This document shows positions 30,580-38,614 of a DNA stretch of 64,000 nucleotides, piece by piece. The notes under the pieces were generated by a model. The model saw nothing but the letters and a program-made list of their open reading frames with translations, had not been told where the DNA came from and made no database searches. Made by a program: the position numbers and the translations under genes. Each line of letters opens with the position of its first letter. Positions within the stretch are counted from its first letter, which is position 1. The stretch covers positions 186,001 to 250,000 of IMG/VR virus record IMGVR_UViG_3300042540_001399. The stretch is one strand, 5' to 3'.

Positions 30580-32105
30580 TGTCATCATTTAAACTTTCCA
30601 AATTGATACTCGAAAGAGATGCTAAACAAAAACCAAGTACTTGTGGATCAAATGCTGCCGTAGAAACCAATCAGACAAATTTTGGTACTTACCAGATGAA
30701 ATCAACAGAGTATATTACATGGAAAGAAAATGAAGGATTTACTGTTTATTACTATTATTGTAAAAAACCATCAGGTTCTAATCCACCTGTAGTACCACCT
30801 GTAGTACCACCTGCGGGTGAAAAATGTCCAGAAGACGAAGGTTATGTTACAAAAGAATTTCAAGAATGGGTATGGAAAGTTAAAAATGGATTTTTAGAAA
30901 CTGATAAAAAAAAGACAAAACTTTGTGGAGGCGCAAAATGTGACTATAAAACTGCGGTTGATGGTGATTGTGGTCCTAGTACAAAAACACTATGGAAAGA
31001 TGAAACGTTAAAACAGGAATTTATTTCTTACAAAAAACAAAATCCTGTCATAACACCTGACCCAATCGTACAACCAAATACTGAAGAACAAAAAATCGCC
31101 GCATGTAAAACTAAAAATTTAGAATACGATAAAGCAACCGATCAATGTGTTGTCCCAAAACAAGAATTAGATCCTGATGCACAACTATTAAAAGATCAGA
31201 TGCAAATTTATAGAAATATTCTTAATAGATTTACTGACTCAAAAGGATGGACTAATGTGGATTCTTTATCACCGGGAAAATATATACCGGCTAATTTAGA
31301 TATTAACATGTTGGAACAAATAACAAACCAAATTGTTTCATTAATCAAAAGAAAATCACGGTCAAAAGATTATGGTTTGTTTAAAAAATTAATGTCATCT
31401 CTATCAACGGCTTATAATGTTGAAAAGTACAAAGATTTCTTTTCAAAACAAATTGATCCTGAATCAACAGGTGATGTTTTTGAAAAAATTAAAGGATTTA
31501 TCGCTAAAATTGATACACAAGCTCAAGAAACCCAAGACGCATATAATTTTGATCCATTAACAAATCCTGAAGAAGTTGATGTTAGAAATTTTATTTATAC
31601 AGGACAATTTTTAAGCGTTTACAAAGTTGGATCATTAAATCTTATGATGATGGTTTATTTCTATAATAGCGATCAACGTGTAAAAGGTAGTAAGGTCGGT
31701 TTTGACAAACTGTGGCAACCAAAAGAAGATTATTGGAATGAAAAACCTGAAGTTTTGAAAAAGGTTTATGATATTTATAAAACAGTACATGGTAGTTATA
31801 CTTTTGATAATTGTAAAAAAATATTGGGGGCTTACAAAGATACTATAAACAGTATTGAAGATAGAAAATTATATTCTGAATCACCAAGACTAAAAGAACA
31901 TGTTAAATATGAAATTCAAAAATGTTGGTGTGCGGATCAGTACAAAGAATTAGGTAAATTGGGTGTAAAAAACATGTTTGACGTTGAAATGAAAAAAGAT
32001 AGAAAAGAACTTATAAAATTTTTGAATTCGTTAGGTGGAGCAACATGGGGAGATTTTGGTATAGATTTTTCAACTGCCTGTGGTGAGTTTGAAGATTACA
32101 AGTAA
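30579..32105 (+). CDS. large protein with PPVV linker and peptidoglycan-binding-like DGDCGPST motif
   Basis: 508 aa; FQEWV...VDGDCGPSTK. Confidence 0.65.
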   Translation: MSSFKLSKLILERDAKQKPSTCGSNAAVETNQTNFGTYQMKSTEYITWKENEGFTVYYYYCKKPSGSNPPVVPPVVPPAGEKCPEDEGYVTKEFQEWVWKVKNGFLETDKKKTKLCGGAKCDYKTAVDGDCGPSTKTLWKDETLKQEFISYKKQNPVITPDPIVQPNTEEQKIAACKTKNLEYDKATDQCVVPKQELDPDAQLLKDQMQIYRNILNRFTDSKGWTNVDSLSPGKYIPANLDINMLEQITNQIVSLIKRKSRSKDYGLFKKLMSSLSTAYNVEKYKDFFSKQIDPESTGDVFEKIKGFIAKIDTQAQETQDAYNFDPLTNPEEVDVRNFIYTGQFLSVYKVGSLNLMMMVYFYNSDQRVKGSKVGFDKLWQPKEDYWNEKPEVLKKVYDIYKTVHGSYTFDNCKKILGAYKDTINSIEDRKLYSESPRLKEHVKYEIQKCWCADQYKELGKLGVKNMFDVEMKKDRKELIKFLNSLGGATWGDFGIDFSTACGEFEDYK

Positions 32106-32180
32106 TGAAGATACTTATCGATCGTAGTTGATCGGTAGGGATAAACCATCTAAAGAAAGGGGAGGTGTTCATTATCTAGC

Positions 32181-32211
32181 AAAATGGGAACTTAGGTTCC
32201 CATTTTGTTTT
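32181..32211 (+). terminator. intrinsic terminator
   Basis: AAAATGGGAAC/GTTCCCATTTT plus T tract. Confidence 0.8.
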
Positions 32212-32239
32212 GTTGTATATTTATAATTAAATAATTTTT

Positions 32240-32920
32240 ATGAAACACATCATTGTTACAAGATGTAAATTTGGAAATGACGAAAGTTTTCAAAAATATT
32301 TCCAAGTTATGAAAAAAACCTATATTCCATCTATAAATTCACAAACAAACAAGAACTTTTCAATTGCTCTTATAGTCAATCCCAAACACTATGATTTAAT
32401 TAGAAATGAAATAAACAAGGATATTGAAATTGTTAAATTTACAAGTCAAAATGAAGAATATAAAGATTTGGAAATAAGACAAAAAATAGATTTAATTCCA
32501 TTTTCAGATACAAAAAAAGATTACAGGGATTATGTAATTAAAAACAATATTACAATACAAACAAGACATGATTGTGATGATATAATGTTACCAAATTACG
32601 TCAATAAAATTCAAAAGCTTTATTCTGAAAATAAAAACAAACATGACGATTTTATTTTAAATTTTCACCCAACCAAACTTATTGTAGAATCAGGTAAAGA
32701 GTATACCCATAGTAGAGATTATAGTAGAGTATGTTCTATGTTTTCAACATTAGTACAAAAAAAAGTAAAACATGGGATCATGGATGTTATGCATGATCAT
32801 TTAGTAAGAATAACAAAAAATGTGATTTATATTCCTGAAACATTTGTTAAATTAGGAATACATGGTAATAACACAACATCTAAACTTAGGGAAACTGATA
32901 AATTAATAAGAAATTCATGA
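32240..32920 (+). CDS. putative glycosyltransferase (GT-A-like, rhamnosyltransferase-like)
   Basis: IPSINSQTNKNF and TRHDCDD motifs. Confidence 0.65.
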   Translation: MKHIIVTRCKFGNDESFQKYFQVMKKTYIPSINSQTNKNFSIALIVNPKHYDLIRNEINKDIEIVKFTSQNEEYKDLEIRQKIDLIPFSDTKKDYRDYVIKNNITIQTRHDCDDIMLPNYVNKIQKLYSENKNKHDDFILNFHPTKLIVESGKEYTHSRDYSRVCSMFSTLVQKKVKHGIMDVMHDHLVRITKNVIYIPETFVKLGIHGNNTTSKLRETDKLIRNS

Positions 32921-33669
32921 TCAAAAATTATACTTTAAAAGAAATTCAACAGGAAATAAAAAAAAACTACAAGTTTGGTGATACCATAGACATTTGTATT
33001 GTAACATTCAATAGATTGGAATACTTAAAAAAATGTGTTACAAGTATTATTGCATCCACATCAATTAAATTTCGAATTTTTGTAATTGATGATGGATCAA
33101 CTGACGGAACTAAGGAATGGTTACAGAAACAAAAAAAAAGAGGATTAATTTTTGATATAATACTAAATAAAAAAAATTTAGGAACGGCAACAAACTTTAA
33201 TCTTGTAATTGACAAGAGTGATAGTCCATTTTTTGTGATGTGTAATGACGATATGTATTTTCACAGATATTGGGACTTTGCAATTATGGATATTATAAAT
33301 AAATTTGACGATTGCGGTATAGTTTCATTTTATGATTACACAAGATATGGTCTTGACGAAGGTGTTTCAACTATTGACGATACAACAATTAAAGTTCCAA
33401 GAACTGGTTTGGGAGCTGCGGCGATTAACAGAGAACTATTCAATTTATCAGGAAAATTTATACTACCTGAAGGTGCAAAGATGGGATTTTTTGCGACCCC
33501 ATTTTGTTCAAGATGTTATAACACAAATATAAAAAGAAATACACATTATGCGACAGTACCCAATTATGTTACAAATATGGATGTGTCTTATTGTAAATTA
33601 AACGAGAATGACAATTTACAAGAATATGGGTTAATGAGGAAAAAAGAAAAACGAGGCTGGGGTAAATAA
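32917..33669 (+). CDS. glycosyltransferase family 2
   Basis: ICIVTFNR, VIDDGSTDGT, NLGTATNFN, CNDDMY. Confidence 0.9.
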   Translation: MIKNYTLKEIQQEIKKNYKFGDTIDICIVTFNRLEYLKKCVTSIIASTSIKFRIFVIDDGSTDGTKEWLQKQKKRGLIFDIILNKKNLGTATNFNLVIDKSDSPFFVMCNDDMYFHRYWDFAIMDIINKFDDCGIVSFYDYTRYGLDEGVSTIDDTTIKVPRTGLGAAAINRELFNLSGKFILPEGAKMGFFATPFCSRCYNTNIKRNTHYATVPNYVTNMDVSYCKLNENDNLQEYGLMRKKEKRGWGK

Positions 33670-33687
33670 ATTAAAAAAAAAATAATT

Positions 33688-34281
33688 ATGTTGTTAAACG
33701 AGCTGGCAAAAAAATATGGTACAGATAAAAAAATTCCAGATGGTATAAAATGTCAAAATGGTCTTTTAGGTCATGGATACACCGTACACTACGAAAAAAT
33801 ATTAAAAAACAGAAACATCAAAACTATGTTAGAAATAGGGGTTTCTTTTGGTGGATCTATTAAAATGTGGAATGAATACTTCAAAGGGAAATGTCACATT
33901 ACAGGAATTGATATTAACGAGAAAAGATTTAGAAAAAAAGACTTAGAAAATAAGAACATAAGGATCAAACTTGGTAGTCAAAACGATGTTAAATTTTTGA
34001 AGTCGTTATGTGATATTAAATATGATTTTATAGTTGATGATGGAAGTCATAAAAGTGGGGATCAAATAATATCCTTTAATAATTTATTTAACAATATGAA
34101 TAGTGGTGGTGTCTATATTATCGAAGATCTTCATGTTGCAAAAAAAACGGAACATATTTTTGAATCTATTAACACTAACGATGAATTTTATAAATTACAT
34201 TTAGATGAAACAGTAATAAAAAATATTAAATCTGTTGAATTTTATGAATCAAATAAATTGTGTGTTATTTATAGGAAATGA
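33688..34281 (+). CDS. class I SAM-dependent methyltransferase (sugar O-methyltransferase-like)
   Basis: MLEIGVSFGGS, GIDI, GSQND, IVDDGSH, GGVYIIEDL. Confidence 0.85.
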   Translation: MLLNELAKKYGTDKKIPDGIKCQNGLLGHGYTVHYEKILKNRNIKTMLEIGVSFGGSIKMWNEYFKGKCHITGIDINEKRFRKKDLENKNIRIKLGSQNDVKFLKSLCDIKYDFIVDDGSHKSGDQIISFNNLFNNMNSGGVYIIEDLHVAKKTEHIFESINTNDEFYKLHLDETVIKNIKSVEFYESNKLCVIYRK

Positions 34282-35339
34282 TATCAATAATAGTCACCGC
34301 ATATAATAATAAAAATTACATTCATGAATGTTTACAAAGCATTATAGAATCTTGTGGTGATGTAGATTTTGAAATTTTGTTGGGTATTGATAATTGTACA
34401 TCAACTTTGAAATCCGTGTTTCAAAAACACAAAAAATACAAAAATTTAAAAATACTCTTTTTCAAAAATAGAGTCGGAACTTACATTATAAGAAATAGTC
34501 TTGTGCCAATTTCAAAGTATGATAATATTTTATTTTTTGATTCTGATGACATCATGAAAAAAAATATGATTAATGATTTATTGTATAATATAAAAAAATA
34601 TGACTGTGTTAAACCTATGTTTTCTGGATTTAAAGATGGAGATGATATTACTTTACCCAAATTTAACACACAAAAAAACACATTTGGTGAAGGGGTATTT
34701 GCAATAAAGAAAAATGTTTTTAACGAAATGAACGGGTTTGAGCCATGGGTCTGTGCGGCAGATTCAGAGTTCAATTGGAGGTTGAGAATGAACAACAAAA
34801 CTTTTAAATACATAGAAAGGGTTTGTTTTTATTATAGAAGACATTCTACAAGTTTAACAACAAATCAAGAAACTGGAATGAGATCTAAATTGAGAATGAA
34901 ATATCATATTTTAACTAAAAACAAAAAAAATACTAAATCATTCTCACCATTGGATGAGATGGTTGTTTCGAAATTCATAGAAATAACTAACCATAATATT
35001 GATAATTTTTTAATAGACCAATTAAACCCTTCATTTGAAATACCTGAAGATAAAGGTCCCTTAGATGTTAACAATAATGAAAATGTAATTTCATTGATTT
35101 TTAATAAAACACCCAAGAAAGTTGTAGAACCAAATAAAAAACCAAAAGTTCAAATAGTTTCTAATAATCCAATAAATAATATATTAGTTAGAAAACCGAA
35201 AGTTGTTGATAAAGATAAAATCACTAAACAAAGACAAAATATTATTAACATAAAACAAAAAACTAATAGAGAAGTTTTTAACGAAATACACCCATCAAAA
35301 CCAAACCGAAGATTGGATCTTCCAAATATTAGGTTATAA
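34278..35339 (+). CDS. glycosyltransferase family 2 with basic C-terminal tail
   Basis: SIIVTAYN, GTYIIRN, FFDSDD, AADSEF. Confidence 0.85.
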   Translation: MISIIVTAYNNKNYIHECLQSIIESCGDVDFEILLGIDNCTSTLKSVFQKHKKYKNLKILFFKNRVGTYIIRNSLVPISKYDNILFFDSDDIMKKNMINDLLYNIKKYDCVKPMFSGFKDGDDITLPKFNTQKNTFGEGVFAIKKNVFNEMNGFEPWVCAADSEFNWRLRMNNKTFKYIERVCFYYRRHSTSLTTNQETGMRSKLRMKYHILTKNKKNTKSFSPLDEMVVSKFIEITNHNIDNFLIDQLNPSFEIPEDKGPLDVNNNENVISLIFNKTPKKVVEPNKKPKVQIVSNNPINNILVRKPKVVDKDKITKQRQNIINIKQKTNREVFNEIHPSKPNRRLDLPNIRL

Positions 35340-35381
35340 ATTTACATTTTGATTTTTATTTTTTATTTTTAAAATAAAAAA

Positions 35382-35561
35382 ATGTACGTTATAATCAAAC
35401 ATGTTAAAATGTCCGATAATAAAAAAAGGATACCTGTGATAATTCTTGATAGCCAAAATGAAATTTGGGAGTTTGAAGATTATGAAGAAGCTAAAAAAAT
35501 GAAAGATATTTTTGAAACTAATTCTGATTCTGGTCACATATATGAAGTAAAAAAAATATAA
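35382..35561 (+). CDS. small hypothetical protein (59 aa, not in ORF track)
   Basis: translated by hand: MYVIIKHVKM...IWEFEDYEEA...YEVKKI. Confidence 0.6.
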   Translation: MYVIIKHVKMSDNKKRIPVIILDSQNEIWEFEDYEEAKKMKDIFETNSDSGHIYEVKKI

Positions 35562-35562
35562 A

Positions 35563-35679
35563 ATGGAAGATATTCTATATGAAATACATAATGAATTTGT
35601 AAATTCTGAAGATTTTGACAAAATGTTATATGAAATGTTAATTTATTCAGAAAAGTATTGTCAATTAAAAAAAGATTAG
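35563..35679 (+). CDS. small hypothetical protein (38 aa)
   Basis: MEDILYEIHNEF...; 1 nt after upstream stop. Confidence 0.5.
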   Translation: MEDILYEIHNEFVNSEDFDKMLYEMLIYSEKYCQLKKD

Positions 35680-35687
35680 TATATTTG
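35680..35687 (+). promoter_or_regulatory. Bacteroidota sigma-A -7 promoter element upstream of leader 1
   Basis: TATATTTG with TTG at 35658-35660. Confidence 0.7.
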
Positions 35688-35732
35688 TAAAGGAATTAGA
35701 ACTTTTTAAAAAAACTGTATAATTATAATAAA

Positions 35733-35840
35733 ATGAAAAATACACTCAGACATATGGTCATTTGTAACAAGCCGAGCAATCAGTGGTCGTTTAGCTATAT
35801 TACGCGTAATCAGTCAAGGGTATTTTCACTTATGAGTTAA
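35733..35840 (+). CDS. attenuator leader peptide 1 (35 aa)
   Basis: MKNTLRHMVICNKPSNQWSFSYITRNQSRVFSLMS; codons match tRNA array 1. Confidence 0.85.
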   Translation: MKNTLRHMVICNKPSNQWSFSYITRNQSRVFSLMS

Positions 35841-35871
35841 AAACGTTTAACTAACATAATAGAAGGAATGT

Positions 35872-35908
35872 AAAACCCGAGACTTAAAAATCTCGGGTTT
35901 TTTGTTTT
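35872..35908 (+). terminator. attenuator terminator 1
   Basis: AAAACCCGAGA/TCTCGGGTTTT stem plus T tract ending 6 nt before tRNA-Thr. Confidence 0.9.
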
Positions 35909-35914
35909 ATATTA

Positions 35915-35986
35915 GCTCTGTAAGCATTGTTGGAGATGCGCCTGACTTGTAATCAGGAGAAATCAGTTCGATTCTGGTACGGAGCT
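35915..35986 (+). tRNA. tRNA-Thr(TGT)
   Basis: GCTCTGT/ACGGAGC; CCTGA-CTTGTAA-TCAGG; TTCGA. Confidence 0.9.
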
Positions 35987-35993
35987 CAAAAAG

Positions 35994-36002
35994 GTTCTTT
36001 GA
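35994..36002 (+). promoter_or_regulatory. boxA-like antitermination motif
   Basis: GTTCTTTGA; also at 39507, 39981 and 53468, all in RNA-gene leaders. Confidence 0.55.
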
Positions 36003-36019
36003 CATATTGGTCTTTATAG

Positions 36020-36090
36020 TGTTCCCTCGTCTAATGGCAGGACACGCGGTTTTGGTCCGTGGAATTGGGGTTCGAGTCCCTGGGGAACAA
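36020..36090 (+). tRNA. tRNA-Gln(TTG)
   Basis: TGTTCCC/GGGAACA; CGCGG-TTTTGGT-CCGTG. Confidence 0.92.
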
Positions 36091-36096
36091 CAATAA

Positions 36097-36180
36097 GGAA
36101 GAGTAATCACAACGGCTTGTGACTCCGTCTTGAAAACGGCAGGTACTGAAAGGTATGGGGATCGACACCTCACTCTTCCT
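36097..36180 (+). tRNA. tRNA-Ser(TGA)
   Basis: GGAAGAG/CTCTTCC; loop CTTGAAA; long variable arm; T loop ATCGACA. Confidence 0.88.
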
Positions 36181-36189
36181 CAACAATAA

Positions 36190-36262
36190 CTAGGTGTAGC
36201 TCAGATGGTAGAGCGGGTGGTTTGGGACCATCAGGCCGCAGGTTCGATCCCTGTCACTTAGA
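36190..36262 (+). tRNA. tRNA-Pro(TGG)
   Basis: CTAGGTG/CACTTAG; GGTGG-TTTGGGA-CCATC. Confidence 0.93.
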
Positions 36263-36266
36263 CAAC

Positions 36267-36342
36267 GTCTTCGTAGCTCAGTTGGTTTTAGAGCACCTCA
36301 CTTTTAATGAGGGGGTCACAGGTTCGAGCCCTGTCGGGGACA
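36267..36342 (+). tRNA. tRNA-Lys(TTT)
   Basis: GTCTTCG/CGGGGAC; CCTCA-CTTTTAA-TGAGG. Confidence 0.95.
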
Positions 36343-36384
36343 CAAAAATTTAGTAAAACTGAGCGATTTATACCAAAAAATGGT

Positions 36385-36392
36385 TATATTTG
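36385..36392 (+). promoter_or_regulatory. internal Bacteroidota -7 promoter element
   Basis: TATATTTG 17 nt before tRNA-Val. Confidence 0.6.
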
Positions 36393-36409
36393 CGTAAATA
36401 AACTAAAAA

Positions 36410-36483
36410 ACACTCTTAGCTCAGATGGTAGTAGCGGTTGTCTTACATACAACAGGTCACAGGTTCGATCCCTGTAGGGTGTA
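36410..36483 (+). tRNA. tRNA-Val(TAC)
   Basis: ACACTCT/AGGGTGT; GTTGT-CTTACAT-ACAAC. Confidence 0.92.
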
Positions 36484-36489
36484 CAATAA

Positions 36490-36575
36490 GGGAGAGTTGA
36501 GCAATTGGTTGGCTCAGCAGACTGTAAATCTGTCGTCGTAAGACCTTGGGGGTTCGAGTCCCTCCTCTCCCACCA
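36490..36575 (+). tRNA. tRNA-Tyr(GTA)
   Basis: GGGAGAG/CTCTCCC-A-CCA; loop CTGTAAA; variable arm. Confidence 0.95.
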
Positions 36576-36581
36576 CAAAAA

Positions 36582-36654
36582 GGACAAGTAGCTCAATTGG
36601 TAGAGCACCGCACTGTTAATGCGGGGGTTACAGGATCGTACCCTGTCTTGTCCG
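36582..36654 (+). tRNA. tRNA-Asn(GTT)
   Basis: GGACAAG/CTTGTCC; loop CTGTTAA; T loop ATCGTAC. Confidence 0.92.
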
Positions 36655-36660
36655 CAATAA

Positions 36661-36733
36661 GTTCACGTAGCTCAATTGGTAGAGCGCCGATCTGATACGT
36701 CGGAGGTAATGGGATCGTAACCCGTCGTGAACA
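36661..36733 (+). tRNA. tRNA-Ile(GAT)
   Basis: GTTCACG/CGTGAAC; loop CTGATAC; T loop ATCGTAA. Confidence 0.92.
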
Positions 36734-36737
36734 CTAC

Positions 36738-36821
36738 GGAAGATAAACCTTGATGGCGATAGGGTCCGCCTGCTAAGCGAGATGTACCTTTGGGTATTTG
36801 GTTCGATTCCAATGTCTTCCG
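36738..36821 (+). tRNA. tRNA-Ser(GCT)
   Basis: GGAAGA/TCTTCC; loop CTGCTAA; variable arm. Confidence 0.88.
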
Positions 36822-36827
36822 CAAAAC

Positions 36828-36897
36828 GCCGATAGGAAAGGTTTCCGATCCGGGCTCATATCCTGGATGTCATTGGGTTCGATACCCTTTATCGGTA
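36828..36897 (+). tRNA. atypical tRNA(CAT), probable elongator Met with shrunken D arm
   Basis: GCCGATA/TATCGGT; CCGGG-CTCATAT-CCTGG; D region only GGAA-AGGT-TTCC. Confidence 0.7.
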
Positions 36898-36903
36898 CTA
36901 CAT

Positions 36904-36977
36904 GGTGTATGTAGCTCAGTTGGCAGAGTGCTTGATTGTGGTTCAAGAGGTCATGGGTTCGACCCCCATCATACACA
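36904..36977 (+). tRNA. tRNA-His(GTG)
   Basis: encoded G-1, GTGTATG/CATACAC; loop TTGTGGT. Confidence 0.93.
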
Positions 36978-36978
36978 C

Positions 36979-37075
36979 AAATAGTTCACAACGGACAAGG
37001 CTTAGGCTCAAAGTGTGAGGTTATAATTCCTTATATTCCCTGAGGTGGGTGGCGAGTGGTTGACCAGAACTATTT
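36979..37075 (+). ncRNA. candidate structured RNA A
   Basis: 9-bp closing stem AAATAGTTC/GAACTATTT; no ORF. Confidence 0.45.
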
Positions 37076-37077
37076 AT

Positions 37078-37149
37078 ACCTTCGTAGCTTAATGGAAAAG
37101 CCTCAGAATACGAATCTGATGATTGGGAGTTCGACCCTCTCCGAAGGTA
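37078..37149 (+). tRNA. tRNA-Arg(ACG)
   Basis: ACCTTCG/CGAAGGT; TCAGA-ATACGAA-TCTGA. Confidence 0.92.
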
Positions 37150-37150
37150 C

Positions 37151-37283
37151 AAAAGATGATAGGAAGCGTAGAACAACGGACACGGAGGGGTGTTCGCAAG
37201 GGTACACACTAAGAATATATTTCTCTCTAAGGGTGTGTGAAGTCATACGATGGGATTCCTGATAAAGTTGTTCATCATCTTTT
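37151..37283 (+). ncRNA. candidate structured RNA B
   Basis: AAAAGATGAT/ATCATCTTTT and GAACAAC/GTTGTTC stems, internal hairpins. Confidence 0.55.
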
Positions 37284-37287
37284 ATTT

Positions 37288-37359
37288 ACCCCTTTCGTAT
37301 AATGGAAGTACAACACTCTTCTAAGGTGTCAGGTTGGAGTTCGAATCTCTGAGGGGGTA
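37288..37359 (+). tRNA. tRNA-Arg(TCT)
   Basis: ACCCCTT/AGGGGGT; ACACT-CTTCTAA-GGTGT. Confidence 0.9.
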
Positions 37360-37370
37360 CAACAAAATAC

Positions 37371-37441
37371 GCGTCTCTGGTGTAATGGTAGCATGATGGA
37401 TTCCAAACCCATCGGTCAGGGTTCGAGCCCTTGGGGACGCG
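37371..37441 (+). tRNA. tRNA-Trp(CCA)
   Basis: GCGTCTC/GGGACGC; ATGGA-TTCCAAA-CCCAT. Confidence 0.88.
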
Positions 37442-37449
37442 CTAATTAA

Positions 37450-37522
37450 GGACAGGTAGCTCAGTTGGTAGAGCGTTGGACTGAAGATCCAAGCGTCGGG
37501 GGTTCAATTCCCTCCCTGTCCA
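37450..37522 (+). tRNA. tRNA-Phe(GAA)
   Basis: GGACAGG/CCTGTCC; TTGGA-CTGAAGA-TCCAA. Confidence 0.95.
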
Positions 37523-37568
37523 CAAAATAAAATTTGTAATTTCTAACAAAAACCATTATCTTTGTATA

Positions 37569-38063
37569 ATGAAACATTTACCATACGAAGCTACAGGAAA
37601 GGCAATTAAGGGATATTCTGAATCAGAAACCGCTAGACGTGAAACAAATGACTGTGTGGTTAGAGCATTTGCATCGTCATTTGAAGTGTCTTATGATTAT
37701 GCCCATAAGTTTGTTGCGGATGAATTTGGTAGAAGACCAAGAAAAGGAACTTACGGAACTGTATCAAAACTTGTCAAAATGGCCGACAGTTTATTTAAAG
37801 TTAATGGTAAAAAAGTTTGTCCTGTTGGTATTAGACACAACGATAATATGTTAAGATCTTTGATGTATGATGTTAAAGTGAAAGGGGAAATTAAAAAAAG
37901 AAATATGACTGTTGGGACATTTGTTAAACAAAATCCAAAAGGAACTTTTTTTGTTTTGGTTAGACGACACGCATTTACAATCAAAGATGGTGTTGTAATT
38001 GGTAATTGGGATGACGCTATAAAAACAAAAAGACCAATGAGATGTGCCTTCAGAATTAAATAA
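37569..38063 (+). CDS. phage protein with NDCVVRA...HAF.I.DG motif (possible Cys-His-Asp peptidase fold)
   Basis: TATCTTTG -7 element at 37557-37564; Cys, His and Asp motif residues. Confidence 0.65.
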   Translation: MKHLPYEATGKAIKGYSESETARRETNDCVVRAFASSFEVSYDYAHKFVADEFGRRPRKGTYGTVSKLVKMADSLFKVNGKKVCPVGIRHNDNMLRSLMYDVKVKGEIKKRNMTVGTFVKQNPKGTFFVLVRRHAFTIKDGVVIGNWDDAIKTKRPMRCAFRIK

Positions 38064-38075
38064 AAAAATAAAAAA

Positions 38076-38531
38076 ATGAACCGTGTATTTAGAACGGTGG
38101 AAGGGGTTTCTATACCTGATATTGTAAAACATACTATTGATATTCTTAAAGAATGTCCATATGCTGAAATACACATTGGTACAGACTCACAAAACCATAG
38201 AAGATCAACCGTGTATGTTACGGCAATAGCATATAGATATGGTAACCGTGGGGTTCACTACATTTATCATAAACAAAAAATTAAAAAAATTCGTGATAAG
38301 TGGACAAGATTATGGAATGAAGCTGATTATTCGATCGAAGTTGCAAATTGGTTGACAAATAAAATAAAGGTTCAAGTTGAAATAGACCTTGATTACAATT
38401 ATCAAGAAAAGTACTTCAGTTCGAAGTTAGTTGGTCCAGCGGTTGGGTGGGTACAATCGTTAGGTTATAAGGCAAATATAAAACCAAATAATCAAATTGC
38501 AACAAGAGCGGCAGACCACCACTGTCGTTAA
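38076..38531 (+). CDS. RNase H-like YkuK family protein
   Basis: IGTDSQ, RLWNEA, DLDYN, IKP...AADH. Confidence 0.8.
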   Translation: MNRVFRTVEGVSIPDIVKHTIDILKECPYAEIHIGTDSQNHRRSTVYVTAIAYRYGNRGVHYIYHKQKIKKIRDKWTRLWNEADYSIEVANWLTNKIKVQVEIDLDYNYQEKYFSSKLVGPAVGWVQSLGYKANIKPNNQIATRAADHHCR

Positions 38532-38533
38532 TT

Positions 38534-38605
38534 GGTCGGGTGTCTGATGGGTAAAGTCTCGGTCTGCAAAACCGTAGTATGTGGGTTCGAATCCCACCCC
38601 GACCT
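38534..38605 (+). tRNA. tRNA-Cys(GCA)
   Basis: GGTCGGG/CCCGACC, U73; loop CTGCAAA. Confidence 0.9.
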
Positions 38606-38614
38606 CAACAAAAT

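Noticed and set aside
36979-37283. RNAs A and B as Y RNAs or CsrA sponges
   Set aside because: RNA A ends in TTGACCAG but lacks the matching GGTCCGA strand. There are too few GGA loops for a Csr sponge, and CsrA is not typical of the inferred host.
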